From Floridaenema evergladense BLCC-F167 (GTDB lineage: Bacteria > Cyanobacteriota > Cyanobacteriia > Cyanobacteriales > Aerosakkonemataceae): 64,000 bases of DNA. The stretch is taken from the NCBI RefSeq assembly GCF_041929205.1, contig NZ_JBHFNT010000303.1; one strand, 5' to 3'. The notes under the pieces were generated by a model. The model did no database searches, was not told the DNA's origin, and was given only the letters and a program-made list of their open reading frames with translations. A program made the translations under genes and the position numbers. How positions within the stretch are numbered: the first letter of the stretch is position 1; the number at the start of each line of letters is the position of its first letter. This document shows, piece by piece, positions 63,134 to 64,000 of the stretch.

Positions 63134-64000
63134 TTAACCTCTTGGTTTTGTAACCATTGCTCTTCTTACCGCTGCATCAGCATTAACGAATCCATAACCA
63201 TTGTAAATATCGTAACCGGGATTACCCAAATCGTAGGCAGTTTCTGAGAGAATTTGTTTAACACTAGCTGCCGTTAAATTTGGATTAACACTCCAAACTA
63301 AAGAAGCAACTCCAGTTACATTTGGCGTAGCAGCGGAAGTACCATTAAAGTCCGTTTGATAACCAAAACGTACTCCCAAAAAAGAAGTAGCTTTAGTACT
63401 AACCACTTCTGATGGTCCCATTAAAGTTAATCCATCACCGTATTGCGAACCCCATCCAAACCAAGCGGGGTATTCAATTCTTTGACCAGGATTTTTTGGA
63501 TAACCAAAATAATCTTTAGTTCCCCAAGAAGCGCCAACAGCAATTACATTATTATATTGCTGTGCTAACACTGCCGGAGAAGAAATTCCTGGTATACCTA
63601 AATTACCATCATTTCCCGCTGCTATCACAAACAAAACATTTGGGTTATTAGCCACTACTTGTTCTAATTCAAGATCGGAATTTTGTCCAAATGTATCACT
63701 ATATCCCAAGCTCATATTAATCACTAAACGTTGACCTTTGCTGTTAGCTGTATTAATCATATTTTTGGTGGCTTCAACTAAAGATTGATCGTTTAGATCT
63801 TGGTCTAAAACATCGATGTTAATTACCTCAGAATTCCAATTAATACCACTCATGCCAATGCCATTATTACTGGTGGCAGAAATGATGCTTTGAACCGCTG
63901 TACCATGAGAGGTATAGCTATCACTAAAGTCATCACTAATGTTATTACTATAGCCGCTCGCATTTTTTAAATCAGGATGAATATTACCAAAGTAATTAAA
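63134..64000 (-). CDS. subtilisin-like (S8) serine peptidase, 5' end beyond window
   Basis: The catalytic Ser motif is GTSAATPNVTGVASLV. The Asn/oxyanion region is IAAGNDGN. A His motif (SHGT) is encoded upstream of the listed Met, so the ORF continues to the window edge. Confidence 0.7.
   Translation of the reverse strand, partial: FNYFGNIHPDLKNASGYSNNISDDFSDSYTSHGTAVQSIISATSNNGIGMSGINWNSEVINIDVLDQDLNDQSLVEATKNMINTANSKGQRLVINMSLGYSDTFGQNSDLELEQVVANNPNVLFVIAAGNDGNLGIPGISSPAVLAQQYNNVIAVGASWGTKDYFGYPKNPGQRIEYPAWFGWGSQYGDGLTLMGPSEVVSTKATSFLGVRFGYQTDFNGTSAATPNVTGVASLVWSVNPNLTAASVKQILSETAYDLGNPGYDIYNGYGFVNADAAVRRAMVTKPRG

Noticed and set aside
1-64000. Searched for a tyrosine or serine recombinase (integrase) to support the ICE interpretation.
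   Set aside because: No ORF has R..H..R..Y or resolvase-type motifs. An integrase, if any, lies outside the window.

Overview
The window is a 64-kb stretch of cyanobacterial DNA. The source assignment rests on frequent HIP1 octamers (GCGATCGC), about 40% GC, two IS200/IS605-type TnpB genes, and STRR-like G-rich heptamer repeats. It looks like part of a large plasmid or integrated conjugative/mobile element.

Left to right the window contains:
- 1037-2338: a membrane-anchored protein with a Vsr/DUF559-like nuclease fold, followed by a Siphovirus Gp157-family gene.
- 3638-7090: a 1150-aa ORF carrying the collinear signature motifs (DGxGKIS, FQxR...K, VTRxP...D.R, DFDGD) of the eukaryotic-type cellular RNA-dependent RNA polymerase / two-barrel RNAP family. 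This is the most unusual gene in the window.
- 7169-9268: a large acidic tandem-repeat protein. Both of these last two genes are bracketed by the same 16-bp GC hairpin.
- 9391-18334: a VirB-type T4SS block with pilin/VirB3-like, VirB3-VirB4 ATPase, and VirB5/6/8/10/9-like genes. No relaxase or coupling protein is visible in the window.
- 18343-20688: a hybrid histidine kinase.
- 21600-26586: a MOSC/alkyltransferase-like fusion, rarA with a methyltransferase-like tail, and parAB.
- 26668-28725: a fragmented major-vault-protein-like pseudogene next to a ptsI-like fragment.
- 29137-33327: a TOPRIM/SF3 primase-helicase gene with an adjacent iteron-like putative origin and a 22-bp palindrome.
- 33328-47904: two TnpB elements. 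One of them disrupts a ubiquitin-like conjugation operon (Prok-E2, JAB, E1-like, candidate Ubl and 6E-like proteins).
- 47958-54361: an accessory replisome module (RecD-like helicase, divergent DnaN, short DnaX, HolA-like).
- 54377-54796: a heptamer-repeat hairpin followed by two degenerate tRNA-like genes.
- 55176-64000: chromosomal-looking genes (SPFH protein, DEAH helicase with DUF1998, CHASE2 kinase with NarL regulator, partial S8 peptidase).

All calls are from reading the sequence and remembered family signatures. No searches were run.
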